From positions 1 through 64,000 of IMG/VR virus record IMGVR_UViG_3300026484_000065: a stretch of 64,000 nt of DNA; one strand, 5' to 3'. The DNA is from a virus. Shown piece after piece: positions 9,359-17,960 of this stretch. The translations under genes and the position numbers were made by a program. The notes under the pieces are model-generated. The model saw only the letters and a list, made by a program, of their open reading frames with translations. It was not told where the DNA came from and made no database searches. How positions within the stretch are numbered: the stretch's first letter is position 1; every line of letters begins with the position of its first letter.

Positions 9359-10794
9359 TTTTTATCCCTTATAAGTTTTATCATAAAGTTTAAATCAACT
9401 TCATGTTTTGCTCTTGTAGCAGCAACATATGCAAGCCTCATTGCTTCTGGATTATTTGAATTATCATAGAACCAACTAATAAGCTTGCTATCTAAAATTA
9501 CTTTATCAGCTGTTAAGCCTTTACTTGAATGAGCCGTAGATAGAACATATCTATGCTTTTCTTTTGTCTTGAAAGCCTCAGACGCAATATCTTTCAGTAT
9601 TACAAAATCTTCTATCTTTCTAGAGAAAGCTTGCTTTTTAAATATTGCATATTCTTCACTTTTTTCATATACCTCATCAAGATAATCATAACAACTTTTA
9701 TAATCCATTTTTAATAGTTGGGAGTTGTGGTACTCTTTAATATCTTCATTAAGATAAGACATGTCGCCAATAAGCTTGTTTGCTTTAGCACCAATTCCTC
9801 TAAAAGAGATATAGTCTTGAAATACAGCATCTAAATTTCTAGTGAGATTGAACTTTTTCCCTTCGCTTGTCATACTTAGAACATAATTTGCTAGCTCATT
9901 ATTTGTTCTTGTCAGTATTAATGTTGTATCTATAGAAGTATCTTCATGCTTAGTACCAACAAATACAAAGTCGTCATCAAAGAAGTCCTTGCCAAAATCT
10001 TGAACAACAGTAGCTATTGCTTCGTTGCATCTGTATGACTTAGTTAGCTTTAAATGTGTACCAACATCACTATAAAATTTAAACATTGATTCTGTATGCA
10101 TAAATCCAAATATCTCTTGGTTTTTATCTCCAACTACAATCTTCTGTTTTGCTTTTACATTTTCAAACAATATAGCTGTTGAACCAATAGCATCGTTAGC
10201 CTCATCAATAGCAAGAACATCTACTTCGTAATTAACTTGATTGCTTTGTACCAACAATGAAGCCCATTTAAGATATCCATTATGACTAAAGGCCTTGTTG
10301 TCTAGCATGAAGTACATAATCTTTTTTAATGCATTTGAGTAATTACTTTTATTAGCTAGATTTTCAAACGTATCAACAAAATCTTCAACTTTTTGTATAG
10401 ATGATGCACAATATCTATCTAGCAAATCAATAAGAATATCTGTGTCTGTTTTTTTGCTATACACTTTTGATAGATATATTATTTGCCTATTTGATTTAAT
10501 CTCAATAGTACCAACAAATGCTCTAACTATTTCATAAGCCAATGAGTGAATTGTTCTTGGATCAACATTTGATGGCATTGCTTCAATTGCTTCTTTTTGT
10601 TGCATCTTACTAAAGACAATATATTTAAATGTTCTGTTTGGATTATCATTTGCAATCATTTTTAATGTCGTTGATTTAGCTGAACCAGCAACAGAATCAA
10701 TAATAATTAACTCATCCCCACTTTTAAATGTATTTAAGATTGTTTGTTGTTCTTGTGATGGTACAAGTTTTATAGAATTTAACAGCTCATCCAT
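9352..10794 (-). CDS. SF1 UvrD/Rep-like DNA helicase
   Basis: AGSAKST Walker A, TIHSLA, IDEAND, VGDKNQEIFGF, LTKSYRC, STAHSSKGL, YVAATRAK. Confidence 0.9.
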   Translation of the reverse strand: MDELLNSIKLVPSQEQQTILNTFKSGDELIIIDSVAGSAKSTTLKMIANDNPNRTFKYIVFSKMQQKEAIEAMPSNVDPRTIHSLAYEIVRAFVGTIEIKSNRQIIYLSKVYSKKTDTDILIDLLDRYCASSIQKVEDFVDTFENLANKSNYSNALKKIMYFMLDNKAFSHNGYLKWASLLVQSNQVNYEVDVLAIDEANDAIGSTAILFENVKAKQKIVVGDKNQEIFGFMHTESMFKFYSDVGTHLKLTKSYRCNEAIATVVQDFGKDFFDDDFVFVGTKHEDTSIDTTLILTRTNNELANYVLSMTSEGKKFNLTRNLDAVFQDYISFRGIGAKANKLIGDMSYLNEDIKEYHNSQLLKMDYKSCYDYLDEVYEKSEEYAIFKKQAFSRKIEDFVILKDIASEAFKTKEKHRYVLSTAHSSKGLTADKVILDSKLISWFYDNSNNPEAMRLAYVAATRAKHEVDLNFMIKLIRDKKC

Positions 10795-10858
10795 TAGCTT
10801 ATTCTCCTGTGTTATATTTGACGTATATGGACTTTTAATCCATATACTATATTTGGTA

Positions 10859-11512
10859 CTACATTAAAGCTTTTGCAGCTTCAGCAGCAGCTGGTGATGC
10901 AGCAGTAGCAGTTGTAGTAGCTGATGCTTTATTGCCTTTTGCTTTCTTAACAAGTCTAGGTGTTTTCTCAAGTTTCTCTTTCCATTTAGCTAATGGTTCA
11001 TCTGAATAGTTTCCATCTTTGTCTTTGATTTTGCCTTCAACATCAGCAAACCCTTCAATGTCATTGTATACTTGGAATTGTTCTTTGTTTGGATCTTCAA
11101 TTTCACGCACTAATACAAGAACAGGACGTCCCTCAAGACTTAATTTAGTTCCTTGTACTTTTTTACCATACGCTTCAAATTCAGCTTGTGCAGTAGTGAT
11201 TTGAGCTGGTTCCATATGTAATGCATCAACAAGTGCTTTGAAAGCTTTTGTACCACTCTTGTTCTCAGTTACTTCATTAGTTTTTTTATCTACATACGAT
11301 GTATTGAAATAGAATACTCTATCTTTCTTAGATGTTTCATCTGTAAGTTCAATTTTAAGCATCTTAGCTTTCTTCTCTGTTTCAAATACAGCAACTTCTT
11401 TGATAACCATTTTATAAGCACCTGACTCTAATACGCTTGATTCTCCTGCTGGTGCAGCAACTGTTTCTGTATATGTCTCTTGGCTAATGCCCATTAAATT
11501 TAAAATATCCAT
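10859..11512 (-). CDS. Single-stranded DNA-binding protein (N4 gp45/DUF669-like)
   Basis: LESGAYKMVIKEV OB-fold-like start, Ala-rich tail, position downstream of the primase and Sak4-like genes as in N4. Confidence 0.7.
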   Translation of the reverse strand: MDILNLMGISQETYTETVAAPAGESSVLESGAYKMVIKEVAVFETEKKAKMLKIELTDETSKKDRVFYFNTSYVDKKTNEVTENKSGTKAFKALVDALHMEPAQITTAQAEFEAYGKKVQGTKLSLEGRPVLVLVREIEDPNKEQFQVYNDIEGFADVEGKIKDKDGNYSDEPLAKWKEKLEKTPRLVKKAKGNKASATTTATAASPAAAEAAKALM

Positions 11513-11659
11513 TGGATTTCCTTTGTTTTTATGTTTTTATTTTTTGATTGGATTTACATTGGTTGTGTACCAAATACCAAAATTGGGGTACAAATTGTAC
11601 CAACTCTATACTTTAATCTGTATCAGATTTTTGGCACTTCTTGAAAAGAAGGAGTACCA

Positions 11660-11821
11660 CTACTTCTTTCTTTCGTGAGGTTTCGTTTTTGGTTCTTTAT
11701 CAGCAACTAGATGAGCAATATACGCAGCCATCGACATTCCAGCTTCATGAGCCAGAATCTTAATTTTCTTATGAATATGTTCACGTACCAACATTGTTTT
11801 TAATTTTGCTTTCTTTTCCAT
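11660..11821 (-). CDS. Ribbon-helix-helix DNA-binding protein (53 aa)
   Basis: Manually translated MEKKAKLKTMLVREHIHKKIKILAHEAGMSMAAYIAHLV; GGAG RBS. Confidence 0.65.
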   Translation of the reverse strand: MEKKAKLKTMLVREHIHKKIKILAHEAGMSMAAYIAHLVADKEPKTKPHERKK

Positions 11822-11823
11822 TT

Positions 11824-12678
11824 CTATGCTCCCTTTTTAAATTGACAGATTTTTGATAATTCCTCAACAGTAACGTCAACATCAAAATCAAATTCCGATG
11901 GGTACGCTTCTGATAACAGATAATGCATAATCTTTATTTTCTCATTGAATGATGCTTTGTCTACGATATTTACAATTCCCCAGAATGTGTCGGCAACATA
12001 ATCATTAATGTCATATAGTGCCAAAGCGCTATTGTAATCAACAATATACTCCACATTTGGACCTTCTTTTGGTTCACCACCATTTGCTATATATTCATCA
12101 TATTTATCAAGCGTTGTTTTGATTGTTAACAAACCTGTTGAATATTTTACTTTATCAGTAACTTCTTCTGGAAGTCTCACAGCTTTTCTTTCTGATAATG
12201 TCTCTATATAATTATGAGTTATCGCATACTTGTTTTCACTTATTGTTTTTGCATAGCTTATATAATGTCTTTTAACTCCACTTTTAACTGCTGCCTGAGC
12301 AATGCTTAAATTGTGTCCAGCAACATATCTTCTGTAAGCTATAATTGCTTTCTGTGTTGTTGTTAGATCTTTGTTGATCATTTCTTTTGATGTTACAATG
12401 TCTTCAATGTCTTCTCTTGAATACACTGTCTTATCATATACATTTGCTTTTACTTTTAATCCCAATGCTAAACAAGCTTTACAGCGATGTCTTCCATCCA
12501 TCAGTTTGCCATTATAGACTATTATATTTTCGAGTTGTCCATTTTCTTTTATTGAATTTGCTAATGCACGTATTGCGTCCTCGTTAATCGGAGTTATTTC
12601 AGCAACAGATTCATCTATATTTTCTAGCAGCAGCCTTGGGTCCAACTCTTCAACTACAATATTTGAGTTTTTTATCAT
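11824..12678 (-). CDS. ParB-like protein 1 (ParB/Srx N-domain + HTH)
   Basis: LANSIKENGQLENIIV..LMDGRHRCKA; HTH-like SIAQAAVKSGVKRHYIS. Confidence 0.8.
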   Translation of the reverse strand: MIKNSNIVVEELDPRLLLENIDESVAEITPINEDAIRALANSIKENGQLENIIVYNGKLMDGRHRCKACLALGLKVKANVYDKTVYSREDIEDIVTSKEMINKDLTTTQKAIIAYRRYVAGHNLSIAQAAVKSGVKRHYISYAKTISENKYAITHNYIETLSERKAVRLPEEVTDKVKYSTGLLTIKTTLDKYDEYIANGGEPKEGPNVEYIVDYNSALALYDINDYVADTFWGIVNIVDKASFNEKIKIMHYLLSEAYPSEFDFDVDVTVEELSKICQFKKGA

Positions 12679-12789
12679 TTTTTTGATCCTTTTTTTTTAT
12701 TATTAATATGGACAGTTTACACTGTTTAAATTTAAAATTGGCTTAATTATGTATCTTTCATTTCTTAAAAGATATCATGAAACCTCAGT

Positions 12790-12882
12790 TGGCCCAGTGG
12801 GCCAGTTGGCCCAGTTGGCCAGTTTTCCCAAACAAGCTAGTTGGCCCAGTGGGCCAGTTTATTGAGTTGGCCCACTGGGCCA
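12790..12882. repeat. Four 15-bp GC-rich palindromes TGGCCCA-S-TKGGCCA (operator/parS-like)
   Basis: Copies at 12790, 12807, 12842 and 12868, upstream of ParB-like gene 1. Confidence 0.85.
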
Positions 12883-12998
12883 GTTTTTCTATTTAACTCT
12901 TTTTATTATTGCGCCCCCTTTATTTATATAATAAAGGAGACACTACTTAAAACGTTTTATTAAAATTAAACTAACCTTAAACCATTCCTTCTTTACCC

Positions 12999-13155
12999 CT
13001 ACCCCCTTTAGAGAGAAAGGCCAGAGTAAAATATCAGGATTTGAATAGCGAAAGTTTACCTGCGAAGCAGGGCAGCGTTAACGAAGCGTTAGCGGAGAGC
13101 TGCTTTCGATGTTCAAACCTTCCTGACTATTTTACGGCAGGTTTTTCTCTCTAAA
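12999..13155 (+). other. Long branched hairpin element E1 (ssi/origin-like)
   Basis: TTTAGAGAGAAA...TTTCTCTCTAAA closing stem, inner TCAGGA/TCCTGA and TTTGAA/TTCAAA, CCTGC-GAA-GCAGG mini-hairpin, CTACCCCC 5' flank. Confidence 0.6.
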
Positions 13156-13186
13156 AAGAAGCCTAGTGCTAACGATAAATATTCAC

Positions 13187-13257
13187 TCTCCCTTAATTAG
13201 TACCAAACATAAAAGTTGTTTAATTATTATTGTAGTGTTTGGTACTAATTAAGAGAG
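13187..13257. repeat. Inverted repeat built from two copies of the TGTTTGGTACT motif
   Basis: CTTAATTAGTACCAAACA ... TGTTTGGTACTAATTAAG between E1 and E2. Confidence 0.75.
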
Positions 13258-13284
13258 ATAAAAAGTTTTTCAAATCTAAAGTCA

Positions 13285-13435
13285 TTTTTGTTGTAACTGC
13301 TCTGCCGTCACTCAGTTCTTAATTTTTCAACAAGCAACTCTCCATCCATCCAAGGCTAACGCCTTGTATGTATGCAGCGACCCTTATTTAAAAACCAGCG
13401 AGCCTCGCTAGTCACGCAGTTACAAAAAGGGGTAG
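13285..13435 (-). other. Long branched hairpin element E2 (inverse orientation to E1)
   Basis: TTGTAACTGC...GCAGTTACAA stem, inner CAAGGC/GCCTTG and AGCGAG/CTCGCT, GGGGTAG flank (CTACCCC on minus). Confidence 0.55.
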
Positions 13436-13564
13436 TGGGAAAGAGGGGGTTGTTAGTTTGGTACTCAATCAACCTATATCTTCCCTAGAATTAATTTTTT
13501 ATCTAAAACGATAAATCTATCGAGAAGATATTTATCTTTCTTTCTAGGTACATTAGAATTAATC

Positions 13565-14014
13565 CTATAGAGTTTCTAAATCCACACCTTTGTATTCAAG
13601 GTACCCAATAACATATGGAGATGTTTTTAGAAACATAGGAGTGTTTGCACCAATGGCAAATACACCGTTATACACAAATGCTTTCCAAGAAACATAAGTA
13701 CCCCAACTAAAGAGCTTGTGTAGCTCTCTAGCTGCTGTAGATTTGTTTTCTTCTTCGAACGCAAGTTCAGCAGCTTTATTAAACATTTTTGTTCTTAGCT
13801 TTATCATCTCCACAAAGAAACTTTTGTCTACATGCAACTTATTATCTTTTTTAATAACTATGTCTTCAAAGTCATAGTGTTGTCTTTGTATGTAGAACGA
13901 TTGTCTTTTGATTCCAAAGTAATTCACAAATGTCTTAACATTGACAAAATCTCTTTTGCTTTTTTTTATGCAGACATCATAAATTTTTGGATGTATTCTT
14001 TTTTTCTTCTTCAT
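13565..14014 (-). CDS. Hypothetical basic protein, possibly DNA-binding
   Basis: ORF track; HTH-like VKTFVNYFGIKRQSFY. Confidence 0.6.
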   Translation of the reverse strand: MKKKKRIHPKIYDVCIKKSKRDFVNVKTFVNYFGIKRQSFYIQRQHYDFEDIVIKKDNKLHVDKSFFVEMIKLRTKMFNKAAELAFEEENKSTAARELHKLFSWGTYVSWKAFVYNGVFAIGANTPMFLKTSPYVIGYLEYKGVDLETL

Positions 14015-14018
14015 TTCT

Positions 14019-14747
14019 CTATGCTAAACCAAACTTCTTAGCAAGTTCTTTATCTTTAGCAAACAAAACATCTTTATCTTCCCAATCAATCTTATTACCA
14101 TTTAATCTATCAAAGATGAGAGATAAGTCATTGTTTGGTACTTTGTGAGGAAATAGCCCAAGAGGACTTCTTGCATTTGTATTTCTATTCTCTTGCCCTG
14201 GCTTTGTAACGAATCCGTACCCAACATAACTGCCAAATGGATTTGGTTCTGCTAAATCATATGTATATGTCTCTAATACAGTACCAAAGAAAGATTCTAA
14301 TCCAAGCTTAGAAAGTGAACCTTTAACCATTCCTTTTTTCTTTCCACCTGTTTCATCATTTGTATGGATAAAGAAGATCCAATTCTTTTTACTTTTCAAT
14401 CTTGCAAAATTCAATAGTTCTTTTCCCCATTGAGCATACAGCCCCCATGCAGCTCTAGTATCATCAGCTGTTAATACATGCATGCTCTCTAGCTGCTCAA
14501 ACCAAAAGCTAAGGCTATCGATTACAATTGTTTGGTACTCACTCTCTTCAAACGCTTGTAGTGACTGAATCACCTGAATGGGGTCCATCGGAATTATAAA
14601 TTTCCCAAATTCATCTTGCATATTAAAATCCATCTCATTCTTCCCATCCGTAGAAATATAAATGATTGATTTTAAATCCATATTTCTTAAACTCGCACTC
14701 TTCCCTGTTGAAGGCAAACCAGATACCATAATACAGTTCTTATTCAT
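14019..14747 (-). CDS. AAA_24/Sak4-like ATPase (N4 gp44-like)
   Basis: GLPSTGKS Walker A, IVIDSLS Walker B, RSPLGLF; start corrected to MNKNCIM (ATGA overlap). Confidence 0.8.
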   Translation of the reverse strand: MNKNCIMVSGLPSTGKSASLRNMDLKSIIYISTDGKNEMDFNMQDEFGKFIIPMDPIQVIQSLQAFEESEYQTIVIDSLSFWFEQLESMHVLTADDTRAAWGLYAQWGKELLNFARLKSKKNWIFFIHTNDETGGKKKGMVKGSLSKLGLESFFGTVLETYTYDLAEPNPFGSYVGYGFVTKPGQENRNTNARSPLGLFPHKVPNNDLSLIFDRLNGNKIDWEDKDVLFAKDKELAKKFGLA

Positions 14748-14860
14748 CTTTTTCTTCCTTTTACTAATTCTCTGTTTGTTTTGGTACATATTTTACATAT
14801 ACCATTTTCATTAACATCCTTTGTTGATGTACATATTTTGCAATTAACTTCTTTGTCCAT
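14744..14860 (-). CDS. Small zinc-finger protein (38 aa, CKIC..CKIC)
   Basis: Manually translated MDKEVNCKICTSTKDVNENGICKICTK; GGAGG RBS. Confidence 0.55.
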   Translation of the reverse strand: MDKEVNCKICTSTKDVNENGICKICTKTNRELVKGRKR

Positions 14861-17061
14861 TAGTTCCTCCTAGCTATTGAAGTTACTTCTTTATCGCTCA
14901 ACGGCTCAGAAAGTAGGTTATTTAGCTCAAACAGTACCAACTCAACATTATGTACTCCTATCTCCTCAAGAAGCTTCTTCGCAGAATATAGGTTACTATT
15001 TCTTGAACCTGTTGCTGTATTAACAACAAACCATTTCTTGATTCCTGCAACACGTCTTTCTACCTCATCTTCATAATCAACTCCAGAATCCATTAGTTTG
15101 TTAAGGATCTCTAATGCATGATTACCTTGTTCTGTTTCAGGTATAAACGCTTGAGCATTTAATTTTGTACCAACATTAGTAAATACCTCAGCTTCTGGAT
15201 TCGTGAACCAAAGTCTTGATATGTTGGTTGTAGCTTGGTCATATACCTTGAACCCAAAGAATTCAGCTATATTCTTATACATCTTCTTATGTTGTTCAGG
15301 ATCTACATAATACTTATTTGTTGTTGGTACTAAAATACGAAATCTATCACCTTGCATTTCACCATTTTTTTCTTTTCTATGAGACCTTGTTGTGTAGATG
15401 ATGTATGTATAGTCTTTTAAAAGCTCTCTAGCTTCTTTAAGGGTCATTCCATCATCTATATCGAATCCAATTAGATTTTGTCCCTTAATAGCATTATCTG
15501 CCCTTCTATGACCTGCTCCCTGAGTAGTTGCAAGTTTCTCAGACATAGCTGTTGGTTCATACCATGATGTAGTAAAGCTTTTTGCTTTATTGGAACGTAC
15601 CAAAGCTTCTATAGATGGAGCTTCTCCAAAGAAATTAACTTCCAATGGAAGAAAAGATGCAGATGCTTGAGGCTCTATCTTCTTTTGCTCATAATCATGA
15701 ACATCGATTGAACAAATAATCTTATCCATCTCTGTTTTAGATGGTTCTTCCATATAGAAATATCTTGTATTCTTTCCTGTAACATTAGGAACATAGCCTT
15801 TGTAATAAGCATAGTCTTTAAATAGCTCTATTGTCTCTTCACGTATTTGTTTGGTACTCCCCAGGTTAACACCATAAGAATCAAGCTCGTGTATAGACAA
15901 TTTTCTCTTAGCCAATTTCAGAACATTGAATAAATCTTTATGAATACTTATTGGATTGATTATATTTGAGATAGTCTCTCTTGACTCTTTAAAGATTGAA
16001 TATGCAGATTCTAAATGCTCTAAAGTTAATGTCATTGAGCTATCAAGAATGCATAATAAGTGAGCTATATTATCAATCATGTCAATTGAAGACACATCTA
16101 TTGTTAACCACTTATCAGCAAGATTGTCATTTGCCTTGTCTATTAGTTCGTCTTGTATTGAAACAAGTCTTTCTTTATAATCTTGTTGGTGCCCAAACTC
16201 TAAAGCTTCTTTGTAGTTCTTTGTGTTTGATTTGATAATAGCTTTTATTGAATCTATATAGCTAAATAGCTCATTAAGTTCTTCTTCTTGCATCTCAACA
16301 TTTTCACTGCTTTGACGTTCAATAGGTTTTGGCTCAAAGTTGAAGATTACAGATCTTCTGTATAGACCAGATTCAAGAAGCTTGAGTAATTGTTCTTTAT
16401 CTTTCTTTGATACACCAGCTTCAGAACCAAACAATAGTATATTTGTTGTAAGATTATCTACTTGAGGAGTGTTCTCAGATTTTGTTACTTTAGCTTTAAT
16501 GGTACCATCATATGCTTCTTTCAGCTTATTCAAAGCTTCTGCTGAATTTGTAACAATATCACCAAGTTCACTAACAGAAACATTGATGCTTGAAAATTGA
16601 GCAGCAGCAACTGCATATGATGTAGCAACAAAACCCTCTTTTGTACCCTCAATAGATACAGTTATATCTCTTGGAATATAATTCAACAAGGCATCTAAAC
16701 CTTTCTTTTCTCCAAGAACAAAACTATTCTCAACTTCATGTTTTAATCTTTCATCACCTTCAACATTCGCAATCAATTCTTGTTTCATAGCTTCATGATA
16801 TACAGTTCTGTTAAAGTTAAACACATCAGCAACAGTACCAAAACTAAAGTCCTTACCAAATCCACTTCCAGCAAGAGTTACACCAAAAAACTTTATATTC
16901 TTACCATTACTATTAAGTACCAAACCTGATGTTAAGTTTGCCAATATTGATGTATAAAACAATAATGGGTTTAGATAGATGTACCTATCTGATTTAAATT
17001 TACCTTGTATCTCAAGCTTATCAAGTATGTATTTTAAAGATTCTGTTTCTTTAATTTTCAT
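14860..17061 (-). CDS. N4 gp43-like helicase-domain/AEP primase(-polymerase)
   Basis: N-terminal AGSGFGKD P-loop; C-terminal AEP motifs FDIDDG, YTTRSH, RFRIL; PriCT-like GSRNSNLY..PLSDKEV. Confidence 0.85.
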   Translation of the reverse strand: MKIKETESLKYILDKLEIQGKFKSDRYIYLNPLLFYTSILANLTSGLVLNSNGKNIKFFGVTLAGSGFGKDFSFGTVADVFNFNRTVYHEAMKQELIANVEGDERLKHEVENSFVLGEKKGLDALLNYIPRDITVSIEGTKEGFVATSYAVAAAQFSSINVSVSELGDIVTNSAEALNKLKEAYDGTIKAKVTKSENTPQVDNLTTNILLFGSEAGVSKKDKEQLLKLLESGLYRRSVIFNFEPKPIERQSSENVEMQEEELNELFSYIDSIKAIIKSNTKNYKEALEFGHQQDYKERLVSIQDELIDKANDNLADKWLTIDVSSIDMIDNIAHLLCILDSSMTLTLEHLESAYSIFKESRETISNIINPISIHKDLFNVLKLAKRKLSIHELDSYGVNLGSTKQIREETIELFKDYAYYKGYVPNVTGKNTRYFYMEEPSKTEMDKIICSIDVHDYEQKKIEPQASASFLPLEVNFFGEAPSIEALVRSNKAKSFTTSWYEPTAMSEKLATTQGAGHRRADNAIKGQNLIGFDIDDGMTLKEARELLKDYTYIIYTTRSHRKEKNGEMQGDRFRILVPTTNKYYVDPEQHKKMYKNIAEFFGFKVYDQATTNISRLWFTNPEAEVFTNVGTKLNAQAFIPETEQGNHALEILNKLMDSGVDYEDEVERRVAGIKKWFVVNTATGSRNSNLYSAKKLLEEIGVHNVELVLFELNNLLSEPLSDKEVTSIARRN

Positions 17062-17105
17062 ACGTATCTCCTTTATGTTTTGGTACTATATAGTTTATTA
17101 TATAG

Positions 17106-17321
17106 TTAATCTTTTAATTCAATTGTCATTGAATCTGCCTTAAAAAGCTTAGTTGCTTTTCTTACAAAATCAAGTTCTTTTTTATCTGGATGAAGCTTGT
17201 TCATCATATCAGCAATCTCTTTTCCTTCAAGGTATTTCTCCTTGAAGTTATCTTTTGCATGAAACATTGGTTTACCATTTATATCTTCAGATATCAAATC
17301 AATCTTTATCTTATAGCTCAT
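17106..17321 (-). CDS. Hypothetical protein (71 aa)
   Basis: ORF track; GAGG RBS. Confidence 0.6.
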   Translation of the reverse strand: MSYKIKIDLISEDINGKPMFHAKDNFKEKYLEGKEIADMMNKLHPDKKELDFVRKATKLFKADSMTIELKD

Positions 17322-17324
17322 AAT

Positions 17325-17540
17325 CTAATCCTCATGTTTTTCTTGATGACAGCTTTTATATAATGTAATAAGATCATCAAGTTCTTCATTGTATAAAAAG
17401 TGTGACAATTGATGCTATAGCAAACAGTACCAATATATGCCATGTTTAAAAAGTGCTTTGAAGTACCATTGTTAGGAGCCAAAAAAGGCTTTGTTGCAAT
17501 ATTCTCTTTATACAAAAGAAGCAAATTCTTATTTATTTTA
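17325..17540 (-). pseudogene. Decayed HNH endonuclease remnant
   Basis: TVCYSINCH then, in another frame, FLYNEELDDLITLYKSCHQEKH, resembling the HNH C-terminal E.L.DLITLCxxCH motif. Confidence 0.45.
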
Positions 17541-17906
17541 ATAAATAGTATCCCATTCAATTTGGACAGCAGTAATATCTTTTGATTCCATTGTAGATGG
17601 AATATATACATATGGATTTAACTTATATACTAAAATATCTTCAACCTCTTTAACCTTTTTAATATAGTCCAATTCTTGGAATTTATCTAAAGTTTTAGAT
17701 ATTGTTTGATGGTTAACTTTTATATCTTTTGCAATCTCTGTTGGGTTCAGTGAAATAATTAGCTTATCCCTTGTAGCCATATCCATTAAAGCAAAAAATA
17801 ATATTCTCTCATTCTTATTGTTCAGAGCCATTACTAATTTCTCTAAAGCATCTATGTTTGCAAAATCCCAACCATCTTTAATAGTTGACTTAGTTTTCTT
17901 GTTCAT
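17538..17906 (-). CDS. Winged-HTH protein, RepL-like
   Basis: NPTEIAKDIKVNHQTISKTLDKFQELDYIKK...YKLNPYVY. Confidence 0.6.
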   Translation of the reverse strand: MNKKTKSTIKDGWDFANIDALEKLVMALNNKNERILFFALMDMATRDKLIISLNPTEIAKDIKVNHQTISKTLDKFQELDYIKKVKEVEDILVYKLNPYVYIPSTMESKDITAVQIEWDTIY

Positions 17907-17960
17907 TATTTATCCTTTTTATCAATTGTTTTTATTGTTGGTACTATTTAGAATAACTCC

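Noticed and set aside
12790-12882. CRISPR-like array
   Set aside because: Repeats are 15-bp palindromes with 2-20-bp irregular spacing, no unique ~30-nt spacers and no cas operon
17318-17611. 97-aa ORF from the ORF track as a real gene
   Set aside because: Overlaps the RepL-like gene, lacks an RBS, and is better explained as an HNH remnant
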